DNA from: Pseudomonadota bacterium
Lineage (GTDB): Bacteria; Bdellovibrionota; FAC87; UBA2466
Direction: 5' to 3'
Assembly (NCBI GenBank): GCA_043718025.1
Contig: JAYSWN010000042.1
Coordinates: forward strand, 1-40,207
DNA length: 40,207 nt
Part shown: positions 28,196 through 37,947 of the stretch, one piece after another
Layout of the letters: each line of letters begins with the position of its first letter
Position numbering within the stretch: position 1 is the first letter of the stretch
Made by a program: the position numbers and the translations under genes
Notes under the pieces: generated by a model
What the model saw: the letters and a program-made list of their open reading frames with translations, nothing else
What the model was told of the DNA's origin: nothing
The model's database searches: none

Positions 28196-29122
28196 TTACG
28201 ACAACCCCATCTTTTCTTTGGATAGCGCTTTTTGAAAAGCTCGAAAGGCCGCATAAGGTGACGTTGCCGTAAGGTCCTGCTTCTCGGCCCATTTCGCAGC
28301 TAAATCCAAAACGTAACCGGCCACTAGAGCCTGACATAGTTTCTTAGGAACTGAGGCTCGCCGATCGGCGCGCAATTTTTGATTGTCGCTAAACCATTTA
28401 TCGAGGGTTACCGACAACGCCTTTCGGCTGGCCGGGTCTTTTTCTGAGGTAGCGCAAATCACCGGCATTTTTTTGCCCGACTCTCGAAAAGTGGATTCCA
28501 GCTCACGAAGCAGGCCTTCGCCCCGACCTTCTTCATTTTTATTCACCACGATGATGTCAGCCAATTCCAAAACTCCGGCCTTAATCGCCTGAATGCCATC
28601 GCCGGAATCAGGGGTCAAAACCAGCACCGTGACGTCGGTCCAACGGCTGATCTCGTGTTCGTTTTGCCCAACCCCCACACTTTCGACAAATAAGTAATCA
28701 AACCCAAAACTTTCCACCAAAGAAATACTTTGGGGCGTCGCCAGTGAAATCCCGCCCAAACGGCCTCGCGTGCTCACACTCCGAATAAAAACTCCCGGGT
28801 CATTAAAATGGTCGGTTAAGCGGATGCGGTCTCCTAGAACAGCCCCCCCCGAGATCGGGCTGGTGGGATCCACTGCCAATACGGCCACCCTCTTCTGAGC
28901 GGAACGCAGAGGCTCAATAAAAGCACTAATCAAGCTACTCTTGCCCGCTCCAGGAGGCCCGGTAATTCCCAAAACGCGCGCCCGCCGTTCCGTCTTCGAT
29001 AGCAGCTCCATTGCTGAAAAGGCTTCCAAATCTTCGTTCTCCGCCAGAGAAATCAATTTGGTAAGGGCGCGAATTTCATGATGCTGAAAATCTTCCACCA
29101 ATTTTTTGGTCACCGCGTTCAT
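28196..29122 (-). CDS. meaB: MeaB/ArgK-family GTPase (B12 mutase chaperone family)
   Basis: GITGPPGAGKSS, VDPTSP.SGGAVLGDRIR, FIRS..TRG.LGG, ESVGVGQ.E, GDGIQAIKAG and VVNK. Confidence 0.9.
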   Translation of the reverse strand: MNAVTKKLVEDFQHHEIRALTKLISLAENEDLEAFSAMELLSKTERRARVLGITGPPGAGKSSLISAFIEPLRSAQKRVAVLAVDPTSPISGGAVLGDRIRLTDHFNDPGVFIRSVSTRGRLGGISLATPQSISLVESFGFDYLFVESVGVGQNEHEISRWTDVTVLVLTPDSGDGIQAIKAGVLELADIIVVNKNEEGRGEGLLRELESTFRESGKKMPVICATSEKDPASRKALSVTLDKWFSDNQKLRADRRASVPKKLCQALVAGYVLDLAAKWAEKQDLTATSPYAAFRAFQKALSKEKMGLS

Positions 29123-30597
29123 TTGCGCTTTCCCAACCGTTTTTTAGCCTGTGTCTTTTTGCTCTTCAATTTCCCGTTAGTCTTTTCTATCTTTTGGAGT
29201 CTCTTGTTCGAAAGTTTCGCTTTTGATGCGGTCACCTTCCGCGGCACCTTTTCCTTTGGATCCCCAATTTTCAGAGCCGATTTTTTTTCGCCTCCCATAA
29301 ACTGCTTCTTTAACAGAGCGACCCCTTCTGCTCTAGATTTGACGGTGCCTTCTAAAATCGCGTCTTCCACGAACCTGAGCATTTTAGAAAACTCTGGCCC
29401 CGGTTTAAAGCCCAGTTTTATTAGATCACCACCGGTCACCAACTTGAGAGAAGGCGGAGGCAATTGCTGAAACTCCGTCCATTTCTGTTTGGTAAAATGA
29501 TAAGCCTCGAGTTTTTTGTGGCTCGCCAGACAATCGAGGCGGTGAAGTTCAAGGTGTAAATCAAATCGTGGTAACGAAAGAAATCTCTTTAACGTCGACT
29601 GTTTCATTTGAAAGGCGTCTTTAAACCGCAAATGCTGCGCCACCAGTTCACGAATCAGTACAGTCTGGCCGTTAGAAAAAGAAAGCCTTTTACAAATCTT
29701 CACCGACTCTTCTGCCCCAATGGTGTCGTGGCCATGAAAGCGAATGCGATCAGGGGCGCGCACAAAAGTTTGTGGCTTAGCAATATCGTGCAGCAAAGCT
29801 CCCATCGCCAATTCCAACGGCGCATGTTTAAGCCCCTTCATCAGGAGTAGAGTGTGAACGAAAACATCACCTTCCGGATGATGTTCCATTGGTTGTTCGA
29901 CGCCCTTAAGTAACTCTACCTCGGGTAAAAACACCTGCAGCAGCTTGGCTTCATCCAACAGCAAAATACCCCGCTCCGGATCCTCCGAAGTTAAAATTTT
30001 TGAAAACTCGTCACGAATGCGCTCGATGCTAACCCCGGCGATCAAGGGCGCCATTTCACAAACTGCCCGCCATGTTCGATCTTCGATTTGAAATCCCAGT
30101 TGTACGGCAAAGCGCACGGCCCGCATCAAGCGTAGGTGGTCTTCTGCAAACCTTTGCTTTGGGTCACCAATGGTGCGGATGATTTTAGCTTTGATGTCTC
30201 GGGCACCCTCAACAAAGTCGAGAATTTTTTTGCTCTCCACGTCAAAGTACAGGCCGTTCACTGTAAAATCGCGGCGTTTAGAATCTTCTTCCACCGTCGC
30301 AAAACTCACCTCTGACGGCCGGCGCCCATCAAGATATTTAGATTCGGTCCTGAAGGTCGCCACCTCAAAAGGAGTGCTCTCCTCCACCACGATCACCACC
30401 CCAAACTGAACGCCAACGGGAATGGTTTTTTTAAAGAGGGACTGCACTTTTTCAGGAAGCGCTGAAGTAGCAATGTCAAAGTCTTTGGGCACGGAACCGC
30501 GCAGCCGGTCTCTCACGCAACCACCGGCTAAGTAAGCTTCATGGCCACTGCGCTGCAGTTTACGAATAATGCTTTCGGCCAATTCCGCTTTGTTCAT
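29119..30597 (-). CDS. cca: tRNA nucleotidyltransferase (class II CCA-type) with HD domain and Lys-rich tail
   Basis: Start likely ATG 30597 (MNKAELAE). AGGCVRD, DFDIAT, EVATFR, RRDFTVN, EDHLRLMRAVRF and ERIRDE motifs; HD region HHPEGDVFVHT...LLHDIAK. Confidence 0.9.
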   Translation of the reverse strand: MNKAELAESIIRKLQRSGHEAYLAGGCVRDRLRGSVPKDFDIATSALPEKVQSLFKKTIPVGVQFGVVIVVEESTPFEVATFRTESKYLDGRRPSEVSFATVEEDSKRRDFTVNGLYFDVESKKILDFVEGARDIKAKIIRTIGDPKQRFAEDHLRLMRAVRFAVQLGFQIEDRTWRAVCEMAPLIAGVSIERIRDEFSKILTSEDPERGILLLDEAKLLQVFLPEVELLKGVEQPMEHHPEGDVFVHTLLLMKGLKHAPLELAMGALLHDIAKPQTFVRAPDRIRFHGHDTIGAEESVKICKRLSFSNGQTVLIRELVAQHLRFKDAFQMKQSTLKRFLSLPRFDLHLELHRLDCLASHKKLEAYHFTKQKWTEFQQLPPPSLKLVTGGDLIKLGFKPGPEFSKMLRFVEDAILEGTVKSRAEGVALLKKQFMGGEKKSALKIGDPKEKVPRKVTASKAKLSNKRLQKIEKTNGKLKSKKTQAKKRLGKRK

Positions 30598-30806
30598 TCT
30601 TTGTTTTGCGAACCAGCCGATTAAATTGGGCAGGGTGCCGATCGCAATTCCTCTTTCCAGTTGATAGTCGAAACCAACTCCAATGGGGATATGTAGCCCA
30701 ATGGCACCGCCGCTTGCAAAGACCAAACCTAAACCGACTTCAAAACCGGTTGAAAACGGCTAACTCGCAATATACACCGATCTTTTTAGAGAAGAAAACA
30801 GCCGCA

Positions 30807-31901
30807 ATGAGCCCGTTCCTTCGCGCCGTACCTATTTTTGCGATTCTAATCATTACTGAGTGGGCTCTCGCCCGTTGGCAAAAAAGAAAACTCTTTCAAT
30901 TTGAAGATTCGATTAGAAACTTGAGCTGCGGTGTAATCGAAGAGCTGGTGGCCGTTCTCTCGCGGTTCCTAACGGCGGGCGTTTACGTTTACCTATTCAA
31001 TCACCATGCGCTCGCAAAGATCAAACCAAGCCTAGGGAGTTGGTTCCTAGCCCTGATCGGCGTCGATTTTTTTTACTACTGGTTTCACCGGGCTAGCCAT
31101 CGGGTAGGAGCTCTTTGGGCAATGCATTCCGTCCACCACCAAAGCGAGTTTTACAACCTTACCGTTGCGCTGCGCCAAAGCGCCTTCGGCGGTTTTTTCA
31201 GTTGGATTTTTTATCTTCCTCTCGCTCTGATCGGGGTGCCTCCGGAAATGACCGCGGCTGCGTATGCCCTTAATCTGCTCTACCAGTTTTGGATTCATAC
31301 TGAGGTGATCAAGACGATGGGCTGGCTCGAGGGACCGTTGAACACGCCGTCGCATCACCGCGTACACCACGGCCGCAACCCCCGCTACCTCGACAAGAAT
31401 TATGCTGGCGCGTTGATTTGTTGGGACAAATGGTTTGGGACTTTCACTCATGAAACTGAACCGGTCGACTACGGAGTGGTCAACCGACTGCGGAGTGAAA
31501 ACCCAGTTTCGGTTAACTGTGAAGGCTGGACCAACCTCTGGAATAAATCAAAACGGGCCCTAACCGTTCCACAAAAAATCTATTCCTGGGTGGCCCCTCC
31601 CGAATGGGAACCTAACTCCTCAACGCAAAAACTTGAATTGGCTCGCACGCCCTTAGACCGATTAAGCCCGCGGCAACGACGGTACGTTGGCCTTAATTTC
31701 ACCGCCACCCTAATTCTAGGCATCGGCTACTTCTTAATGGACGGCCAGATCACCAACCCCCAGGCCACGGTGGCCTCGATTTGGCTCATTTGCTCCTTCG
31801 GAAGTTTGGGAGCGATGATGAACGGGGCTCGATGGTCCAATAGGTCAGAGTCCCTACGCTATTTCATCCTCGCCGGCATCCTCACTTGGGTCATCCTTTG
31901 A
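30807..31901 (+). CDS. Sterol desaturase / fatty acid hydroxylase family (alkylglycerol monooxygenase-like)
   Basis: His boxes YYWFHRASH, HSVHHQS, QFWIH and TPSHHRVHH; DKNYAG..I.WDK.FGTF. Start likely ATG 30807. Confidence 0.9.
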   Translation: MSPFLRAVPIFAILIITEWALARWQKRKLFQFEDSIRNLSCGVIEELVAVLSRFLTAGVYVYLFNHHALAKIKPSLGSWFLALIGVDFFYYWFHRASHRVGALWAMHSVHHQSEFYNLTVALRQSAFGGFFSWIFYLPLALIGVPPEMTAAAYALNLLYQFWIHTEVIKTMGWLEGPLNTPSHHRVHHGRNPRYLDKNYAGALICWDKWFGTFTHETEPVDYGVVNRLRSENPVSVNCEGWTNLWNKSKRALTVPQKIYSWVAPPEWEPNSSTQKLELARTPLDRLSPRQRRYVGLNFTATLILGIGYFLMDGQITNPQATVASIWLICSFGSLGAMMNGARWSNRSESLRYFILAGILTWVIL

Positions 31902-32874
31902 AGTGCTCCCAGCCAAGTGGCTCCAACTCTCTTTTCCCCCCCGACAAAGTGTGAAGCACTAAGCCGCACTCTTTAGAAACCACCTCTCCTATTTCTCGGT
32001 GGTCAATTGGCGGGCATCCAGCTTTCCGATCAAATGTAAAAAGCAATTCGTAATCCTCACCTCCGTGCAGCATCCATTTGCTCAGATCTTGATTCTGCTC
32101 GGAAGCGTACGTTTTCGTTGCGGACAAGACGGGAAGTTTGCTCTCTTCAATGAGAACCCCCACCTGACTCGCTTTGGCGACGTGACCCAATTCGGATGCC
32201 AAGCCGTCGCTCACATCCATCGCGCTAGTAACGCCGCCCCACTTGGCAAGCCTCATGCCCTCGTAAATTCGGGGCTGGGGCCTGAGTTGCGCCCAGGCTA
32301 GCGCAGGATGTTTTTTTACGGCGTTCCGCCCTAAGTTTCTTAGTGCGTGAAGTCCTGCGGCGGCCGCCCCCAAAGTACCTGTCACCGCCACCACGTCTCC
32401 GGCTCTAGCCCCTGACCTGCTAAATGCCTTACCCACGGGAGCCCCCATCGCCACGATGTCGATTACTAATGAGTGGGGAGACTTCGTTAAGTTCCCACCC
32501 ACCAAACTCAAACCAAAAGCCTTCGTAAGCACTTCAAAGCCATAAAATAGGCGATTTAAAAACTCTGAATTTAGCCCGGGCCGAATTCCCAATGAGGCCA
32601 AGATAAACTTTGGTTGCCCCCCCATGGCCGCAATGTCGCTCAAATTTACCGCGATGGACTTAACGCCAAGATCTTCGGGCTCGAAATAATCCAAATCGAA
32701 ATGCACCCCCTCCATTAGCATGTCTACCGTCACCAAGGAGCCCGCCGGAGACACCGCCAAATGCGCCGCATCATCCCCAATTCCCAAAAAAACCCCTTCG
32801 TCCGAAGATTTAAACCGTTTTCGAACGCCCTCAATAAATCCGAACTCACTAAATTCAGCTTTACTTTCAAACAC
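31891..32874 (-). CDS. thiL: Thiamine-monophosphate kinase
   Basis: SEFGFI, GIGDDAA, EGVHF, VNLSDIAAMGG, MDVSDGL and GGEDYELLFT. Confidence 0.96.
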   Translation of the reverse strand: MFESKAEFSEFGFIEGVRKRFKSSDEGVFLGIGDDAAHLAVSPAGSLVTVDMLMEGVHFDLDYFEPEDLGVKSIAVNLSDIAAMGGQPKFILASLGIRPGLNSEFLNRLFYGFEVLTKAFGLSLVGGNLTKSPHSLVIDIVAMGAPVGKAFSRSGARAGDVVAVTGTLGAAAAGLHALRNLGRNAVKKHPALAWAQLRPQPRIYEGMRLAKWGGVTSAMDVSDGLASELGHVAKASQVGVLIEESKLPVLSATKTYASEQNQDLSKWMLHGGEDYELLFTFDRKAGCPPIDHREIGEVVSKECGLVLHTLSGGKRELEPLGWEHFKG

Positions 32875-33100
32875 TTAATTACCCTCGGTCTTCATTTTTT
32901 TCCTTAGCACCCTAATTGTGACGCCGAGTTATTCTAGGCTAAAACCGGGGAGTTCCCTACCTCTTAGGGGGGCACTTTTACGGATAGGGCTACAAGTTCG
33001 GCGCCGATTTAAAGGCGGATACCAGAATCGGTTTGCGCCTTGGGTAATGGTCAAATGTCTCGTAGTGCACGAAGAGCCGATTCAAGTACCGATCACTTCG

Positions 33101-33727
33101 TTATCGTCCGCTAGCAACGGCTAAATACCCGTTGATCATAAACTGAACGGCCATGGCGCAAAGTAAAAAACCCATGATTCGGGTCAATACCTTTACGCCC
33201 GTGAGTCCGATCACTTTTAAAATCTTCCCCGCTGATCGCAGAATCAAATAGGTGATAAGCAAAGTTGCAATCACCGAGGTGATAATGTTCAGGTATTGCC
33301 ACTGACCGCCCCGTCCCGAGAGCATGATTACCGTAGCAATCGAAGCGGGCCCAGAGAGCATGGGAATGGCGAGGGGGATAATCGAAATGTCATCGCGCCG
33401 CACGCCTTCCGATTGTTCAGACTTGGTAATCTTCTCACCAACCTCAATCACCTTAAGCATTTCAAATCCGATCACCAAAAGAATGAGGCCACCTGAAATT
33501 TGAACCGCGGCAAGGGTCACCCCAAACAAAGCCAACAAGCGACTTCCCAGCAGAGTGAACAGGGTCAAAACAATGAAGGCCGTGGCGCAGGCCCGCTTCA
33601 ACATTTCACGTTGCCGGGCCGGTTTATCGTCTGCCGTCAGAGAAATAAAAATGGGAATGTAGCCAAACGGATCAACAATCGCAAAAATGGCGCTAAAAGT
33701 TTGTAACCAATCACTCAAATGGTTCAT
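33101..33727 (-). CDS. marC: MarC-family integral membrane protein
   Basis: FAIVDPFG, ISGGLILL, IIPLAIPMLSGP and TRIMGFLL..MAVQF. Confidence 0.92.
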   Translation of the reverse strand: MNHLSDWLQTFSAIFAIVDPFGYIPIFISLTADDKPARQREMLKRACATAFIVLTLFTLLGSRLLALFGVTLAAVQISGGLILLVIGFEMLKVIEVGEKITKSEQSEGVRRDDISIIPLAIPMLSGPASIATVIMLSGRGGQWQYLNIITSVIATLLITYLILRSAGKILKVIGLTGVKVLTRIMGFLLCAMAVQFMINGYLAVASGR

Positions 33728-33740
33728 GACACGTCCGCAG

Positions 33741-35186
33741 TCAGTCTTTTTTCTGCACCCAGAACTCCGGCGTCAGTTCGATGTTTCCAAAAGTCGCCGC
33801 AATAGAAGAAACTTTTGTCCACGGCAAAACAAAGTAGCCATCGCTGCAAAAATCTTCGGGCGTGGATCCCACCGACTGGTAAAGAAAAACACCCATGCTA
33901 TCTTTCATCATCGGCCTGGCTTGCGTCTTCAGCTGACTAAAATGGGCTTCTTTCATCCGTTCGTCCTGGCCTGACACCAGAGGAAAACTCGACACTCTAA
34001 ACCGGCTACCTTTGCGCCGAAATAAAAGGTCGTCCACTTTCGTCAATCCGAACTGGTTCTTCAGCATCACCCGAAAAGACTCATCCGAGAGTTCGCGATG
34101 TACTTCTAGAGTAACAATCAATTTGCTCTTAGTCGGTTTCGATTCTTCTAAAATCTCCCTGATGCTTTCTTCCAACCCCACGATTTTGGGATGCATATAA
34201 ACCTGCGCATACATTTGGAACAGACTAAACATGAAGTCGTCCAATACGTGCTGGTTCTTAATTTTTGAAACCAAAACCACTTCGCGGGGTTCACCCGGAT
34301 TGCCCTTGTGATCGGCGAGGCACGGAATCAGTTTCTTCACAATTCTCGGCCATTCGATACCGCCGATGTGAACTCCGGTATTTCGCCCATCCCGCTGGAT
34401 GTAGTCCATGCGATCCACGTCAAAGGGGCCAGAAATAATTGGCCGCATCAGACGATGAAAATCTAGACCACCGTAGTAGCCCGCCGCGGCCAATTGCTTT
34501 TCAATTTCGACGTCGAGCAGGGCGGTTTCCCCGCGCCATGAAAACTTCGGGTTAATTAACGCCGCAACGCAAAGAGAATAGAGATGGCTGTTGGTCAGAA
34601 TGCCATCTTTTTCCAGGTCGGTAAAAATCCGGTGCACGTAAAGCACCGAAATGTCCTCGTGCACGAGCTTCTTTTTGGCTTTAAGTTTGGCGTCGAAGTA
34701 ACCGCGTACCGGCCCTTTCAGCTCGGCAATAACGTGGCTAAAGTCCTGCGCCAAATCCAGCATTTCGAATGAATGGCTCCAAGGCCCGTGACCTACGTCA
34801 TGCAAGAGCGCGGCAAGCCCTACCAGTTGCCGCCAAAATTCCAGAGAGGGGGGGTGCGACGCCACTTTCTGAAAAAGCTCAGCCGTCTCTTTGCTTAAAA
34901 ATTGGGTGCTGTTGATCTTCCCGTTGAAACGAAACGGGTCGGTTAGCCACGCTTCAACAATTCCACGAAAATACTCCTGCGCCAGATATGAGGCGCCGAT
35001 GCAATGCTGAAAGCGGGTGTGGGTAGCGCAAGGAAAAACATATTCAGCTAACCCTAATTGCTTAATATACCGCAAGCGCTGGACACACTCGTGATCGATT
35101 ACTGCTCGAAACAAGCGATCGAACGAGATGTCGCCGTGAATTTCGTCACGCAGCACCAATGGTTTGTGTCGGAGAATAGCGCGCAT
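33741..35186 (-). CDS. HD-domain phosphohydrolase, SAMHD1/dNTP triphosphohydrolase-like
   Basis: RDEIHG, QRLRYIKQLG, ATHTRFQH, AALLHDVGHGPWSH, HED and DVDRMDYIQRD. Start likely ATG 35186 (TTG 35222 possible). Confidence 0.9.
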   Translation of the reverse strand: MRAILRHKPLVLRDEIHGDISFDRLFRAVIDHECVQRLRYIKQLGLAEYVFPCATHTRFQHCIGASYLAQEYFRGIVEAWLTDPFRFNGKINSTQFLSKETAELFQKVASHPPSLEFWRQLVGLAALLHDVGHGPWSHSFEMLDLAQDFSHVIAELKGPVRGYFDAKLKAKKKLVHEDISVLYVHRIFTDLEKDGILTNSHLYSLCVAALINPKFSWRGETALLDVEIEKQLAAAGYYGGLDFHRLMRPIISGPFDVDRMDYIQRDGRNTGVHIGGIEWPRIVKKLIPCLADHKGNPGEPREVVLVSKIKNQHVLDDFMFSLFQMYAQVYMHPKIVGLEESIREILEESKPTKSKLIVTLEVHRELSDESFRVMLKNQFGLTKVDDLLFRRKGSRFRVSSFPLVSGQDERMKEAHFSQLKTQARPMMKDSMGVFLYQSVGSTPEDFCSDGYFVLPWTKVSSIAATFGNIELTPEFWVQKKD

Positions 35187-35230
35187 GTTTCTTTTGCGAC
35201 TCGAATGTAAGTTTCTATTCAAATGCTTAT

Positions 35231-36634
35231 TCAGGCTTCTGGGGCGCTCAGAAGGCTGAGCACCCTCTCTACTCTTCGGATAACCGTTGGTTTTCCTTGA
35301 ACTTCAAGCATATCAAACAGGCCGGGGCTTATCCGTCCGCCGGTGACGGCGAAGCGCAATGCTTTTGCGTAAACCGCAAGCTTTTCGCCGCGAGCGGTCA
35401 CCAGTTCCTTGACTCTATGCTCCATGCTGGCCGCTTTGAACTCTCCGTCCCGAAGAAGGGGCTCTACCAGCTTGATTGCATCGGCCATCGCCTTTTTCTC
35501 TTCCGCCGTGGCCGGAAGGTTCTTGAAATCAGGATCAGCGCCAAAAAGACAGTCCAACTGATCCAACAACTCGGGAATATTCTTTACCTTAGCCTGCACC
35601 ACCGCCACGCCATGTTCGAAACGCGCCGGATCCACGTTAGCGGCAAAAGCGATCCCTTCGGCAAAATATTTTTGGAGGTAGCTCACCAAATCTTTTGCCG
35701 GCGTGTCCTTAAAGTAGTGGCCGCTAACCCAATTCAATTTTTCAGGATTGAAAATGGCGTTTGCCTTTCCAATTTTATCGAGTGAAAAAACTTTAGTCAG
35801 GGTTTCACGAGAAATAATCTCTTGATCGCCGTAACTCCAACCAAGACGAACCAAAAAATTAATCATCGCATCTGGCAAGTACCCTTGCGTCCGGTATTCT
35901 AAAGTAGAGGCGGCGCCATGGCGCTTGCTCAGCTTCGTTTTATCGGCGCCCATAATCATGGGCAAATGAGCAAAACTGGGAACGGTTAACCCCAACATTT
36001 TGTAGAGCTGTATCTGTTTGGGAGTGTTGTTGATATGGTCGTCGCCACGCAATATGTGGGTAATCTTTTGATCCGCATCGTCGATAACTACGCAAAAATT
36101 GTAAGTTGGGCTGTCGTCGGAACGAAGGATCACCCAGTCATCGGTGTCTTTATTCTGAAACGTAATCTCACCGCGAATCAGATCTTTGAAGCTGGTTTCA
36201 CCCTCCAGCAGCACCCGTACGCGGGTCACCGCCCCTCCCTTGGGCAGGTTTTTGTCACGGCAAGTTCCGGGATAGCGAAATGGCTTCTTGTCTTTCTCAC
36301 ACTGAGCGCGAATTGCATTTAGGGTTTCCGGCGAGCAGTTGCAACGGTAGGCCAGCCCCTTTTCGACCAGGTCATGGGCCACCGCTTGATAGCGTACGAA
36401 ACGATCGTGCTGAAATACCGGCTCTTCATCCCAATCCAGACCGAGCCACTTAAGTGACTCCATAATGTCGTTAACGTAACGCTCTTCGGATCGTTCCCGA
36501 TCGGTATCTTCAATCCGGAGCAAAAACTTCCCCCCCTGTGACTTGGCGTACAGCCAATTAAAAAGGGCGGTTCTAGCACCACCGATGTGAAGGAAGCCGG
36601 TTGGAGAGGGGGCAAAACGTACGCGAACACTCAT
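35231..36634 (-). CDS. gltX: Glutamate--tRNA ligase
   Basis: Start ATG 36634 (MSVRVRFAPSPTGFLHIGG); LRIEDTD, RGDDH and KLSKRHG. Confidence 0.97.
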   Translation of the reverse strand: MSVRVRFAPSPTGFLHIGGARTALFNWLYAKSQGGKFLLRIEDTDRERSEERYVNDIMESLKWLGLDWDEEPVFQHDRFVRYQAVAHDLVEKGLAYRCNCSPETLNAIRAQCEKDKKPFRYPGTCRDKNLPKGGAVTRVRVLLEGETSFKDLIRGEITFQNKDTDDWVILRSDDSPTYNFCVVIDDADQKITHILRGDDHINNTPKQIQLYKMLGLTVPSFAHLPMIMGADKTKLSKRHGAASTLEYRTQGYLPDAMINFLVRLGWSYGDQEIISRETLTKVFSLDKIGKANAIFNPEKLNWVSGHYFKDTPAKDLVSYLQKYFAEGIAFAANVDPARFEHGVAVVQAKVKNIPELLDQLDCLFGADPDFKNLPATAEEKKAMADAIKLVEPLLRDGEFKAASMEHRVKELVTARGEKLAVYAKALRFAVTGGRISPGLFDMLEVQGKPTVIRRVERVLSLLSAPEA

Positions 36635-36991
36635 GGGGTATTCATATACTCTGAAGCGTAGTGTTATCAAGGTAAGCCAACATCGCTAACGCCATGGGCC
36701 GCCAGTTGGTAGCCCTGCCCTTCTTTTTCCAAGTGATGGAGATCGCAGGAGCTTATCTCATCATTCTGCCCCCAACCTGCCTGCCGCACGAGCTCGCCAC
36801 CTCACTGATTCGTCTCAGTCGCCAACTGTAAGAACCAAGATTGATAACGGAAACTAGCCTTCCCACCGCAACTAGTTATTGACAGGGCGCTTCCGTTTGG
36901 CGAAACAAGAACGCTTCAAATAAGGTGCGTTGAACCTACGAGAAGCGGGTCGCAACCGCCCGAAAAGGCAAGAAATCCGCAGTTTTGGCGG

Positions 36992-37020
36992 TTGACTTTA
37001 CTTGGCGCGTTGGTTATAGC
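36992..37020 (+). promoter_or_regulatory. Putative sigma70 promoter of the str operon
   Basis: TTGACT-17 nt-TATAGC, ending about 80 bp upstream of rpsL. Confidence 0.5.
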
Positions 37021-37099
37021 TGCTTGGTTTTTTAACCCAACGCAATGATATTTTTTAGCAAGGTCTTTTAAATAGAGATCGAGAAGGGGAAGAGGCTTC

Positions 37100-37471
37100 A
37101 TGCCGACGATTAATCAGTTAGTTCGAGAAGGGCGTGCCCGTCAGAAAACAAAGACGAAGGCCCCTGCACTTGACCGATGCCCACAACGCCGCGGCGTTTG
37201 CGTACGTGTCTACACAACGACTCCAAAAAAACCAAATTCAGCTTTACGCAAAGTGGCTCGCGTTCGTCTAACTAACGGCTTCGAAGTTACGTCTTACATC
37301 CCTGGCGAAGGGCACAATCTTCAAGAGCATTCCGTGGTTCTCGTACGAGGAGGTCGTGTGAAAGACCTTCCAGGCGTTCGTTACCACATCGTACGCGGTT
37401 CCCTAGACACCACTGGTGTCGATAAACGCAAACAGTCGCGCTCCAAGTACGGCGCTAAGGTAGGTAAGTAA
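37100..37471 (+). CDS. rpsL: 30S ribosomal protein S12
   Basis: [21 protein letters not shown] and [13 protein letters not shown]. Confidence 0.99.
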   Translation: MPTINQLVREGRARQKTKTKAPALDRCPQRRGVCVRVYTTTPKKPNSALRKVARVRLTNGFEVTSYIPGEGHNLQEHSVVLVRGGRVKDLPGVRYHIVRGSLDTTGVDKRKQSRSKYGAKVGK

Positions 37472-37941
37472 TGGCACGACGTGGAAATACCCCTCACCGG
37501 GACGTCAACGCAGACCCGAAGTATAACGAAAAGTTGGTCACCAAGTTTATCAACACCGTTATGAAAGATGGCAAAAAGAGCACTGCTCAGAGTGCCGTCT
37601 ATGCTGCTTTTGAATCGATTCACAATAAGACTAAAGATGACCCGATGAAGGTCTTCAAAAAGGCTATGGGCAATCTTCGCCCTGCCGTTGAAGTGAAATC
37701 TCGCCGCGTCGGTGGATCAACCTATCAGGTGCCCATCGAAGTGCGCCCCGATCGTCGAAATGCTCTGGCGTTGCGTTGGTTAGTTGATCATTCTAAGTCC
37801 CGCAAAGGCGGCTCGTTGGCTGAAAAACTGGCTAACGAAATTTTCGACGCTGCTGAAAATCGCGGCGAAGCAGTTAAAAAACGCGAAGACGTACACCGCA
37901 TGGCAGAAGCTAATAAAGCTTTTGCTCACTATCGTTGGTAA
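37471..37941 (+). CDS. rpsG: 30S ribosomal protein S7
   Basis: [22 protein letters not shown] and [15 protein letters not shown]. Confidence 0.99.
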   Translation: MARRGNTPHRDVNADPKYNEKLVTKFINTVMKDGKKSTAQSAVYAAFESIHNKTKDDPMKVFKKAMGNLRPAVEVKSRRVGGSTYQVPIEVRPDRRNALALRWLVDHSKSRKGGSLAEKLANEIFDAAENRGEAVKKREDVHRMAEANKAFAHYRW

Positions 37942-37947
37942 ACACCT

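Noticed and set aside
30598..30806. N-terminal extensions of cca (to 30726) and the desaturase (from 30606)
   Set aside because: They overlap each other head to head. Family homology starts near 30597 and 30807, so this is a divergent promoter region.
32875..33100. TPP riboswitch upstream of thiL
   Set aside because: No CTGAGA or ACCTGA conserved cores on the minus strand.
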